Source: Bacilli bacterium (lineage in GTDB: Bacteria; Bacillota_I; Bacilli_A; RFN20; CAG-826). Taken from it: a stretch of 64,000 nt of DNA. Location: assembly GCA_045628045.1 (NCBI GenBank), contig JAZQOV010000001.1, positions 64,001 through 128,000 of the forward strand, written 5' to 3'. The position numbers and the translations under genes were made by a program. Below the pieces are notes generated by a model, which was not told the DNA's origin, ran no database searches, and saw nothing but the letters and a program-made list of their open reading frames with translations. Positions 31,294 through 39,970 of the stretch are shown piece after piece (positions within the stretch are counted from its first letter, which is position 1; every line of letters starts with the position of its first letter).

Positions 31294-32448
31294 TTATGAG
31301 ACCTTTTTTACTGCCAATTTCTGTTTTCTTTTTATTTTTAAATTTCTCCACAGAAGTCCAAGATAAGTTGAAAGAGGGAACACAATAATAAACGAAACTA
31401 AATAAGGCCAAAATATTACTGGCTCATCTCCTAAAAGCGGAGTAAGAATCTGAGCGGACACATTTAAAATAATTATCCAGGAAATAATATAGATTTCGTT
31501 AATTGCACTGCTGAATTTAAAGATTGCTTTGTTAAGAAACTTAGGAGTAATCTTGCAGATGAAATGGAATAATGCAAATTCCACAAAAACAACGCCTATT
31601 GCCGCAAGAGCATAAATAAGTGAGCCAACATATTCAGGATCGGTTTCAGCATAGGTTATAAAATAACCTTCAAGACCTAAATGGTAATCTAAAAGTAAAA
31701 CTGTTGTAGTAAGTACTGCTCCAGCAACTCCAAGAATTATATAAAATCTATTTAAGTTCTTAAGTTTTTTAATTGTTACACCTAGAGTGTTTCCGACCGC
31801 TACAAAAATAAACCATGAGCAGAATGAGAAAACAGTTACTGGGTCAGTTAAGTCTTCGCTAACAAAGTTAACTGGAATAAAAGATCCAAGAAGAAGTGAT
31901 TCTGTAAAGCTGCTTGGTTCTTTCACTTTAAATATTTCTGAAATAATTAATAAGATAATAGCAACAATTAAGATAATAAGATCATTATGTTTTTTAATTA
32001 ATTTTAATAAACCAAATGCTATTAACGCTAAACCAGCGAATAAGAGAATGTCTCCACCAAAAATACAATATAGAGCCATTTGAGTTGGGTTTGCGGCGTT
32101 TGGAACAATTGTGAAAAATCCAACAGCAGAACGAAGAATATTAAGCACATAATGCATAAGAATTAATCTTAAGCCTCTCCAAATTGTCTTTTTGGGATCA
32201 GTCTCATTTTTATATGAAAGCCCTATGCCCATTGCAGTCATAAAGACTGGTGCAGCCATAAAGCCTCCAAGAATGTAACCAATAAAATAACCAAATGGTT
32301 TTGTGCTAAAGCATCCATAATATGGATAAATCATAATATGTACTAGAACCATGCCAAATATTGCAACAGCTTTTGCATAATCAATATTTGCTTGTCGTCC
32401 AATGTTTATATCTTCTCTTTGAAAGAAGGATTTAATTTTAGAAAACAT
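31294..32448 (-). CDS. Polytopic membrane acyltransferase-like protein (DUF1624/HGSNAT/acyltransferase-3 clan)
   Basis: R...ID..KA.AI.GM.LVH and AAPVF...G motifs; about 10 TM segments. Confidence 0.7.
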   Translation of the reverse strand: MFSKIKSFFQREDINIGRQANIDYAKAVAIFGMVLVHIMIYPYYGCFSTKPFGYFIGYILGGFMAAPVFMTAMGIGLSYKNETDPKKTIWRGLRLILMHYVLNILRSAVGFFTIVPNAANPTQMALYCIFGGDILLFAGLALIAFGLLKLIKKHNDLIILIVAIILLIISEIFKVKEPSSFTESLLLGSFIPVNFVSEDLTDPVTVFSFCSWFIFVAVGNTLGVTIKKLKNLNRFYIILGVAGAVLTTTVLLLDYHLGLEGYFITYAETDPEYVGSLIYALAAIGVVFVEFALFHFICKITPKFLNKAIFKFSSAINEIYIISWIIILNVSAQILTPLLGDEPVIFWPYLVSFIIVFPLSTYLGLLWRNLKIKRKQKLAVKKVS

Positions 32449-32495
32449 ATGCGCCCCCCTTTTTGTTATTTAACATTATAGACAACACAATTCAT

Positions 32496-32524
32496 TTTAC
32501 AAATTATTAATTAGCAATTAAAAT
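32496..32524 (+). promoter_or_regulatory. Promoter of SRP RNA
   Basis: TTTACA-17 nt-TAAAAT, ending 6 nt before the predicted RNA 5' end. Confidence 0.7.
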
Positions 32525-32530
32525 TATTAC

Positions 32531-32609
32531 GCCATCGCAATGGTCTACTACGAACCAGGTCAGGACAGGAATGTAGCAGCCTTAAGGAGATCAGGTCATG
32601 TGCGGTGGT
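32531..32609 (+). ncRNA. ffs: Signal recognition particle RNA, short (4.5S-type)
   Basis: Domain IV CCAGGTCAGGACAGGAATGTAGCAGC compared with E. coli CCAGGUCAGGUCCGGAAGGAAGCAGC. Terminal helix GCCATCGCA/TGCGGTGGT. Adjacent to tadA, as in Bacilli. Confidence 0.9.
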
Positions 32610-32618
32610 TTTATTTCT

Positions 32619-33071
32619 ATGTACACAATTGACGAAAAATTTATGATAGAAGCATTAAAAGAAGCGGAAAAATCCGCGAATTTTGATGAAGTTCCCGTTG
32701 GAGCTGTTATTGTAAAAGACGGAAAAATTATTGCAAGAGGTCATAATCTTAGAGAAAGAAATAATGATCCAACAGCTCATGCTGAAATTATTGCGATTAG
32801 AAAAGCGTGCAAGAAATTAAATTCTTGGAGATTAGAGAATTGCACAATTTACGTAACAATCGAACCATGTTCAATGTGCGCTGGTACTTTGCTTTGGACA
32901 AGAATTAAGAAAATTGTTTATGGTGCAAAAGATCCAAAAGGTGGAGCAATCTGTAGCTCGCTTTCGTTATTTGAATCAAGAAACATAAATCATCATCCTG
33001 AAATTCTTGGAGGAATATTAGATGAAAAATGTTCCTCTATTATGAAAGATTTCTTTAGAAACAAAAGATAA
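32619..33071 (+). CDS. tadA: tRNA adenosine(34) deaminase
   Basis: EVPVGAV, PTAHAE, WRL, TIEPCSMC. The ORF-track start at 32598 lies inside the SRP RNA, so the ATG at 32619 is used. Confidence 0.95.
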   Translation: MYTIDEKFMIEALKEAEKSANFDEVPVGAVIVKDGKIIARGHNLRERNNDPTAHAEIIAIRKACKKLNSWRLENCTIYVTIEPCSMCAGTLLWTRIKKIVYGAKDPKGGAICSSLSLFESRNINHHPEILGGILDEKCSSIMKDFFRNKR

Positions 33072-33147
33072 AATAGTTTGTACACTGTATAAGGTTTGAT
33101 ATACTTTATGTTAGAAAAGTTGTTCAAACTTTTTTCTTATTAAGTAT

Positions 33148-35592
33148 ATGTCGAAGAAAAAAAGAAGAAATAAAGATAAAAATAATGCAGAGCATTATGA
33201 TTTAGACATTGAATTTGGTTTAAGCTCAGCACAAGTAAGAGAGCGAGTTAAAAATAAACTTACAAACAAAACAAAAAAATATGTTTCTAAATCATACTTC
33301 AGAATTATTTACGAAAATTTAATTAACTTTTTTAACTTACTTTTAATCGCTATTTCCGTAGCAATGGTTATTGCTCGTCTTGAAATTGGCAAGTTTGTAT
33401 TTTTGGGAATTCTTATTTTAAATATTGCAATTGGTTTATACCAAGACTTTAGAGCAAGAAAATTAATTGATAAGTTAAAAGTTGTTTCTTCTATAAATGT
33501 TAATGTTTTAAGAGATGGCACTTTTCAATATGTCAAATCTCCAAATGTTGTTTTGTCAGACATTATTGAGATTAAACAAGGCAGTCAACTTGTTTGTGAC
33601 GGAACAATTGTTGATGGTTTCGTCGAATTAAATGAATCACTTTTGACTGGAGAATCTGCCAATATTTCCAAGAAAACTGGCGATAATGTTTATTCAGGTT
33701 CCTTTGTTACATCTGGAAGAGCTCTATATAGAGTCGATCATATCGGTAAAGATAATTATTCAGAAAAGTTGATGAATAATGCCAAAAAGTTCAAACGTGT
33801 TAAATCAGAAATTTTAAGTTCAATAAAAGCAATTTTTAAAATTATTACCGTGTTCGTTATCATTTTGGGAGCCGCTCAAATTGCAATTCACTGGAATGAT
33901 TTACAAGACATAAATAGCCAAGGATTTTCTGATGCGGTTGCAAGTATATCAGGATCTTTAGTTGCAATGATTCCTATTGGAATGTATTTATTGACTTCTA
34001 TCACATTAGCTGTCGGTGTTATTCGCTTAGCAAATAAGAAAATGCTTACTCAAGACATGTATTGCATTGAGACATTAGCTCGAGTAGACACTTTGTGTCT
34101 TGATAAAACCGGAACTCTAACAGATGGAAATTTATCAGTCCATAAAGTTGTTTCTACTTCTGAAATAAGCGAAAGAGATTTAGCAAAAATTGCCGTTACT
34201 TTAGTAGATGCTACGAGAGATGATAATTCCACAGCGACAGCAATACGTAATGAATTTCATACTTTGAATAAATTTGATTCTTATTTTGCTGTTCCATTTA
34301 ATTCACAAAGAAAATATTCGGCTGTTATGCTTGAAGATGGTCGTTCTATTGTTATGGGCGCTCGCGAATTTATTCCGCACACAAACAAGGAAGTAGATCC
34401 TTTGTGTAGAGAATACGAAAAACTTGGTATGCGTGTTCTCGTTTTAGCACAATATAATCACGTTATTTCAATTGATGAAAAACTTGGCCCGTCTTCTATT
34501 TTGGGGTTCATTGTTTTACAAGATCATATTAGAGATGATGCTCCAGAAAATATTAAATGGTTTAAAGAAAACGGCGTAAATATCCGCATAATTACCGGAG
34601 ATAATCCAGAATCTGCGGCAGAAATTGCTCGTCGTGCAGGTATTGAAGGAGCCGATAAATATATTTCTCTTGAAGGTATGAGTCTTGAAGAAGTGCGTCA
34701 TATTGCAAGAGAATATACAATCTTTGGTCGTGTTAGCCCTGAACAAAAAGCACAAATTATTGAAGCTTTGAAAGATGATGGTCACACTGTAGCAATGACC
34801 GGTGATGGAGTTAATGACATTCTTGCACTTAGGGTTGCAGATTGTTCAATTGCCATGGCTTCAGGCTCTGATGCTGCAAAGAATGTTTCGCATCTTGTTT
34901 CCTTAGATTCGAATTTCTCGTCTCTTCCTGATGTTGTTAAGGAAGGGCGAAGAGTTATTAATAACTTACAGCGTTCTGTCGCTGTCTTCTTGATTAAAAC
35001 AGTGTTTGCAATGTTAGTTACTGCTTTATTCTTGCTAAAAGCATTTAAGATTGCAGATGTTTATCCATTTGAGACAAACAACATGTATATCTGGGAAATC
35101 ATAAGTATTGGCATTGGTTCATTGTTCTTATCGCTGCAGCCAAATGAAGAAAAAATTAAGTCAAAATTCTTGATGAATATTGGATTTAGAGTCCTTCCTG
35201 CCGCGATAATTCAAACACTCTTTGTAGTGTTCTTCTTCCTCTATGAAAAGGATGTTGAAGTAGCCACAAGTTTATCTGTGCTTTCTTTCTCAATATTTAG
35301 TTTTGTTATTTTGATTCGTATTTGCTTACCGTTTGATATTTATCGTTTCTTCCTTGTTGTCGGACTCGTATTTATAAGTTCGATTGTGATGGTCGCAGAC
35401 TACTTTGCAAATAGCGCCCATTTTAATCTAGGAATTAATTATTCAGTTTTATTAAATAAAGAACATGCTTTGACGTTAATAGTTGTTATGATTGTGTCCC
35501 TTATTCTTTATATTGCACTTTCATACGGCGTTCACGTTTTGCATAACTATATAGATAAGAAGATGGAGGAAAAGAAATATGATCGTTTCTAA
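33148..35592 (+). CDS. P-type ATPase (CtpE-like architecture)
   Basis: LTGES, DKTGTLT, TGDN, MTGDGVND; TM4 reads MIPIGM. Confidence 0.92.
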   Translation: MSKKKRRNKDKNNAEHYDLDIEFGLSSAQVRERVKNKLTNKTKKYVSKSYFRIIYENLINFFNLLLIAISVAMVIARLEIGKFVFLGILILNIAIGLYQDFRARKLIDKLKVVSSINVNVLRDGTFQYVKSPNVVLSDIIEIKQGSQLVCDGTIVDGFVELNESLLTGESANISKKTGDNVYSGSFVTSGRALYRVDHIGKDNYSEKLMNNAKKFKRVKSEILSSIKAIFKIITVFVIILGAAQIAIHWNDLQDINSQGFSDAVASISGSLVAMIPIGMYLLTSITLAVGVIRLANKKMLTQDMYCIETLARVDTLCLDKTGTLTDGNLSVHKVVSTSEISERDLAKIAVTLVDATRDDNSTATAIRNEFHTLNKFDSYFAVPFNSQRKYSAVMLEDGRSIVMGAREFIPHTNKEVDPLCREYEKLGMRVLVLAQYNHVISIDEKLGPSSILGFIVLQDHIRDDAPENIKWFKENGVNIRIITGDNPESAAEIARRAGIEGADKYISLEGMSLEEVRHIAREYTIFGRVSPEQKAQIIEALKDDGHTVAMTGDGVNDILALRVADCSIAMASGSDAAKNVSHLVSLDSNFSSLPDVVKEGRRVINNLQRSVAVFLIKTVFAMLVTALFLLKAFKIADVYPFETNNMYIWEIISIGIGSLFLSLQPNEEKIKSKFLMNIGFRVLPAAIIQTLFVVFFFLYEKDVEVATSLSVLSFSIFSFVILIRICLPFDIYRFFLVVGLVFISSIVMVADYFANSAHFNLGINYSVLLNKEHALTLIVVMIVSLILYIALSYGVHVLHNYIDKKMEEKKYDRF

Positions 35593-36478
35593 AGAAGTTA
35601 AACAAGCTTTAAAAAAGCATCAACCAGTAGTTGCTCTTGAATCAACAATCATTTCGCATGGCATGCCATATCCTAAAAATGTTCAAACAGCTTATGCTGT
35701 CGAAGAAGAAATTAGAAAAAATGGGGCAATTCCTGCAACAATTGGAATTATTGACGGCGAACCAGTTATTGGAATGAGCCATGAACAAATTGAAGAATTT
35801 GGGAAAAGAAAAGGTGTTAAAAAAGCATCAAGAAGAGATCTTCCAATTATTTTTGCTAATAAAGAATGGGGCGCAACAACTGTTGCTGCGACAATGATTT
35901 TAGCAAACATGGCTGGTATTGAAGTTTTCGTTACTGGCGGAGTTGGCGGAGCTCATAGAGGAGCAGAAAATAATTTTGATATTTCTGCGGATCTTGAAGA
36001 ACTCGGGAAAACAAACGTTACTGTTGTTTCAGCAGGCGTTAAAGCAATTTTGGATTTAAACTTAACATTAGAAATTTTGGAAACAAAAGGCGTTCCTGTT
36101 TTATCTTATGGAACGGATGAATTTGCTGATTTCTATACAAGACATTCTGGAATTAAAATGGAAAACGTTGTTAATTCTCCATTAGAAGTAGCAAAAATTA
36201 TTAAAGCAAAAAGAGATAATAAACTTAATGGTGGAATTTTAGTTGCAAACCCAATTCCTGAGGAATTTGCTATGGATTCTAAGGTAATTAATGCCGCAAT
36301 TGAAAAAGCACTAAAGATGGCGGATGATGCACATGTTAAAGGTAAAGACATTACACCATTCTTATTAAAAACAATTGTTGAACTTACAGGCGGAGATTCA
36401 CTTGAATCGAATATTAAGCTTGTCTTAAACAATGCAAAATTAGGAGCAAAAATTGCTAAAGAATATTGCAACCTATGA
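35579..36478 (+). CDS. psuG: Pseudouridine-5'-phosphate glycosidase
   Basis: VALESTIISHGMPYP.N, K.SRRDL, ATTVAATM, DISADL.EL, GKDITPFLL. Confidence 0.95.
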   Translation: MIVSKEVKQALKKHQPVVALESTIISHGMPYPKNVQTAYAVEEEIRKNGAIPATIGIIDGEPVIGMSHEQIEEFGKRKGVKKASRRDLPIIFANKEWGATTVAATMILANMAGIEVFVTGGVGGAHRGAENNFDISADLEELGKTNVTVVSAGVKAILDLNLTLEILETKGVPVLSYGTDEFADFYTRHSGIKMENVVNSPLEVAKIIKAKRDNKLNGGILVANPIPEEFAMDSKVINAAIEKALKMADDAHVKGKDITPFLLKTIVELTGGDSLESNIKLVLNNAKLGAKIAKEYCNL

Positions 36479-36999
36479 AAATTGAGCAAGTATTCCAAGA
36501 TGGCTTAAGAACATTGCTTAAGGAAAAACCTCTTGAAGAAATTAATGTAATTATGTTGTGCGATTTTGTTAAATCAAATCGTCAAACTTTTTACTATCAT
36601 TTTAGAGATATTTCTGATGTTGTTGATGCAACATTTTTAAAGGCAAAAGTTGGTTACAACAGAAAGTTCTTGGATTACGAACCAATATTAAAAGAAATGA
36701 TTTCTTATATTAGTGAAAATTATCAATACGTATCAGCAGTTAACAAATCATATGCATCTGATAAATTGTATTCATTTTTCTTCTCTTATTTTTATTTAAG
36801 AGTTGGAAATCTATTGAAAAACCACGGTATTTCTGGAACAGATATAACAAGATACATATCAGTTTTATCTGCTCAAGAGCTAATATTCTGGATTTCAAAT
36901 AGAAGATCAGAAAAGAACATTTCATTAATAAAAAGGCTAAATACAGTTTGGCATTATTTAGTTTCACAATATCAATCAGATTTAAAACGTTCATATTAG
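36475..36999 (+). CDS. TetR-like regulator (DhaS-like)
   Basis: HTH with NRQTFYYHFRDI; ATGA overlap with psuG. Confidence 0.8.
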   Translation: MKIEQVFQDGLRTLLKEKPLEEINVIMLCDFVKSNRQTFYYHFRDISDVVDATFLKAKVGYNRKFLDYEPILKEMISYISENYQYVSAVNKSYASDKLYSFFFSYFYLRVGNLLKNHGISGTDITRYISVLSAQELIFWISNRRSEKNISLIKRLNTVWHYLVSQYQSDLKRSY

Positions 37000-37009
37000 G
37001 AGAAAGATT

Positions 37010-38125
37010 ATGAGAAAAGAAGAAATTAGAGGTTTAATAATTTACACAATTCTTATTGCAGTAGCTTTAATTGTTGGAATGACCGCAATTAAAGATGCAT
37101 TTCAAGAATATTACAGCATTAAAATGAATCAATTTTTGTTTGTTATTCTTTGTTTGGCAATTGCATACTTAGTAAACGCTATTGGCCATGAATTGCTTCA
37201 TATGTTTGGGGCCGCACTTGGCGGATATAAAGTTGTTTCGGTAAATATTTTATATTTCTGTTTTGAACATAATGGCTTCCACTTTAGAGAATTTGATGGA
37301 TTCACTGGCGAAACAAAAATCGCTCCAGGTAAGAAAGCTAAGAAAAACATTAATTTATTTATGTGGCTTCCTATTTTTGGTTGGGCAGCAGAAATTGCAA
37401 CATGTATTGTTATTATGTCTTCAACCAAATCAAATGCAATAGCTGATGCCTCATGGTTAGTTGTTGCATCAATATTCTTTATTCTTGTATCTTCAATGAT
37501 GGCATTCTATGAATTAATTCCAATTCGTTTAGATTGCAAAACTGATGGTTATAGAATGAGATTATTCTCAAACCCAATTAATGTAAAAGCATATAACGAA
37601 ATGCTCGATATTCAAGATAAACAAAGACGTGGCGAAAAAGTTGAAAATGTTCCGGTTTTTGAAGAAATTACTGAATACACCGCAGAACTTAACACAATCG
37701 CTATGTATCACTTCCTAGGTAAGGAAAATTACAAAAAGAGTGGAGAAATCATTGATATTTTGTTAGCGAATGAGAAAAAACTTAACACAAATGATATTTA
37801 TAGATTAATTTCTCAAAAGCTTTATATAGAGATTCTTACTAAACCACTTGAAGATGCTAAAAAGTTATATGATAAGATTGCACCAATTGAGGTTAGAAGA
37901 TTTATTGCAAATGATATTTCAATGGAATCAATTAGATCTTATATTTTGATAGCAGGAATGATTGAAGGATCAGAGGGTGAAGTTAAATATGCTTTATCAA
38001 AAGTTGAAAAAGCAAAGAAACGTGCGCTAGCCTCACAAAGAGACGTTGAAGAAAAACTCCTTATGAAGGCAGTTGATTATGTTTATAAAAATCATCCAAA
38101 ATGGCAAAAAGAAATCGCCGCGTAA
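37010..38125 (+). CDS. M50 (site-2 protease)-like membrane metallopeptidase
   Basis: HELLH in a TM segment, ELIP...TDG third-ligand motif, soluble helical C-terminus. Confidence 0.7.
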   Translation: MRKEEIRGLIIYTILIAVALIVGMTAIKDAFQEYYSIKMNQFLFVILCLAIAYLVNAIGHELLHMFGAALGGYKVVSVNILYFCFEHNGFHFREFDGFTGETKIAPGKKAKKNINLFMWLPIFGWAAEIATCIVIMSSTKSNAIADASWLVVASIFFILVSSMMAFYELIPIRLDCKTDGYRMRLFSNPINVKAYNEMLDIQDKQRRGEKVENVPVFEEITEYTAELNTIAMYHFLGKENYKKSGEIIDILLANEKKLNTNDIYRLISQKLYIEILTKPLEDAKKLYDKIAPIEVRRFIANDISMESIRSYILIAGMIEGSEGEVKYALSKVEKAKKRALASQRDVEEKLLMKAVDYVYKNHPKWQKEIAA

Positions 38126-38142
38126 TGCGACGATTTTCTTTT
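38107..38142. terminator. Bidirectional hairpin between convergent M50 and XRE genes
   Basis: AAGAAATCGCCGC-GTAAT-GCGACGATTTTCTT, an imperfect stem flanked by A/T runs. Confidence 0.55.
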
Positions 38143-38458
38143 AGTCTTTTTCCTCGTATCTAGAATTATCTTCTCTGGCAAAATCTTCGTAGATGATATT
38201 TGCTTTATCTTCTCTAACAATTGTTGCACAGAGATGTTCGCCTTTTTTAGGTTCAGCTAGTGTAGACTCATCACACAAGAAATCTTTAGGATCTAAATTA
38301 TAATCTTTGCAGATTCCTTCAATATCTTTTATTTCAGGTTTTTCGCCGTTTTTCCAGGCTTTTAAACTATTTAATTTTATATGATATTTAGCTGCGAACT
38401 TTTTATCGTTTAGTTTAAGAGATTCTTGTAAGAATAATATTTTCTCTCGGAATTTCAT
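38141..38458 (-). CDS. XRE-family helix-turn-helix protein
   Basis: FREKI..L...LKLN...FA.KY......L..WKNG.KP pattern; starts 1 nt after the mscL stop. Confidence 0.65.
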   Translation of the reverse strand: MKFREKILFLQESLKLNDKKFAAKYHIKLNSLKAWKNGEKPEIKDIEGICKDYNLDPKDFLCDESTLAEPKKGEHLCATIVREDKANIIYEDFAREDNSRYEEKD

Positions 38459-38459
38459 A

Positions 38460-38984
38460 TTATTTTTTCTTTAAAAGATCTCTAATTTCAGTTAATAATT
38501 CTTCTGTGGTTGGAGCTGGTGCTTCAGGAGCAACTGGAGTTGGTCTTTCTTCAGGATGCTTTTGATAGTATTTTTCTCTTTCAGCAGCATCAAGTTTTTC
38601 TTTTGCTTCTTTTGCTTTGTTCATACCTTTAACAATAAGGAATAAAACCATAGCAATAATGAAGAAATTAATAATTGCAGAAATAAATGCTCCCCAATCA
38701 ATATAAATTGATGAAGCCCAATCAACAACTTTGGTGCCTTCTTCGTTAACTGCATAAACTGGTGAAAGCATTGTACGTGCTGATGCTAAAGCATCACCAC
38801 CACCTATTAATGAAATAATCCAGTTGATGAGTGGTGTAAAAATATGGCTTGTTAAAGCGGTAACGATAGCGGTAAATGCACCACCAATGATAACGCCAAC
38901 AGCTAAATCAACAACACTGCCTTTTGATATAAATTTTTTGAATTCAGCAAAGAAACCAGTACCTTTTTCACGATGTTTTCTCAT
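38460..38984 (-). CDS. mscL: Large-conductance mechanosensitive channel
   Basis: EFKKFISKGSVVDLAVGVIIGGAF, WGAFISAIINF, LLTEIRDLL. Confidence 0.96.
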   Translation of the reverse strand: MRKHREKGTGFFAEFKKFISKGSVVDLAVGVIIGGAFTAIVTALTSHIFTPLINWIISLIGGGDALASARTMLSPVYAVNEEGTKVVDWASSIYIDWGAFISAIINFFIIAMVLFLIVKGMNKAKEAKEKLDAAEREKYYQKHPEERPTPVAPEAPAPTTEELLTEIRDLLKKK

Positions 38985-39073
38985 AACAAAATTCCTCCTA
39001 TTAATATTGATTATAAAACACTTTTATTTGTTATAAAAGTCAAATTGATATAATATAGACGCGGAGAATTCAT

Positions 39074-39925
39074 ATGAACAAAGTAAAAATTCTAGTAGAT
39101 TCTTGCTCAGATTTATCAAAAGAAATTTATGAGCAAAATAAAATGGATGTTTTAGCCCAAAATGTCTCTTTTGGCGAAAAAAATTATAAAGACGGAATTG
39201 ATATTACGTTAGAAGAACTATTCGCAAATGTTGAAAAATTTGGAGAACTTCCACATACTGCAGGTCTTTCGCCAGCAGTTTTTGATGAATATTTTTCAAA
39301 AAATATAAAAGAAGGTTATGACATAGTTTATGTTGGACTTGGTTCAAAACTTTCTACAACATTTCAAAATGCATTTATTGCAAAGCAAAATTATCCAGAA
39401 GACAGAATCTTCCTTGTAGATTCAAATACTCTTTCTTCAGGAATTGGTCTTTTGGCTCTAAAAGCATGCAAATTTAGAGATGAAGGATTAAGTGCTGCAG
39501 AAATAGCAGAGAAGTGTAGAGCAATCGTACCAAACATTACTGCGCAATTTGCTGTTGAAACACTTGATTATCTTCATAAAGGCGGAAGGTGTAACGGAGC
39601 TAAAGCTCTTATTGGTCATTTATTACATGTTCACCCATACATTAAAGTAGTTGATGGATCACTTATTGTTTACAAGAATCCAAGAGGGCCAATGAGAATT
39701 GCAATTAATGAACAAATCAACGAACTTAAGGCAGTATTATCAAAGTTAGATCCGGATCATGTGATCATTACGCACGCGGGCGCTACTAAAGAAATAGAAG
39801 ATTACGCGAAAAACGAATTATCTAAGATAGTTCCAAAAGAAAAGATTTGTATAACAAGAGCAGGAAGCGTTATTGCTTCCCATTGTGGATCTGGAGCGAT
39901 AGGCATTTTGTATATAACAAAATAG
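39074..39925 (+). CDS. DegV family fatty-acid-binding protein
   Basis: ILVDSCSDL, LPHTA, SKLSTT, DSNTLSSG, YLHKGGR, SHCG. Confidence 0.92.
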   Translation: MNKVKILVDSCSDLSKEIYEQNKMDVLAQNVSFGEKNYKDGIDITLEELFANVEKFGELPHTAGLSPAVFDEYFSKNIKEGYDIVYVGLGSKLSTTFQNAFIAKQNYPEDRIFLVDSNTLSSGIGLLALKACKFRDEGLSAAEIAEKCRAIVPNITAQFAVETLDYLHKGGRCNGAKALIGHLLHVHPYIKVVDGSLIVYKNPRGPMRIAINEQINELKAVLSKLDPDHVIITHAGATKEIEDYAKNELSKIVPKEKICITRAGSVIASHCGSGAIGILYITK

Positions 39926-39932
39926 GAAAAAT

Positions 39933-39960
39933 AAAAACTGGCGCGAACGCCAGTTTTTCT
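39933..39960. terminator. Bidirectional intrinsic terminator
   Basis: AAAAACTGGCG-CGAA-CGCCAGTTTTT. Confidence 0.88.
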
Positions 39961-39970
39961 TTAGGTTAAT

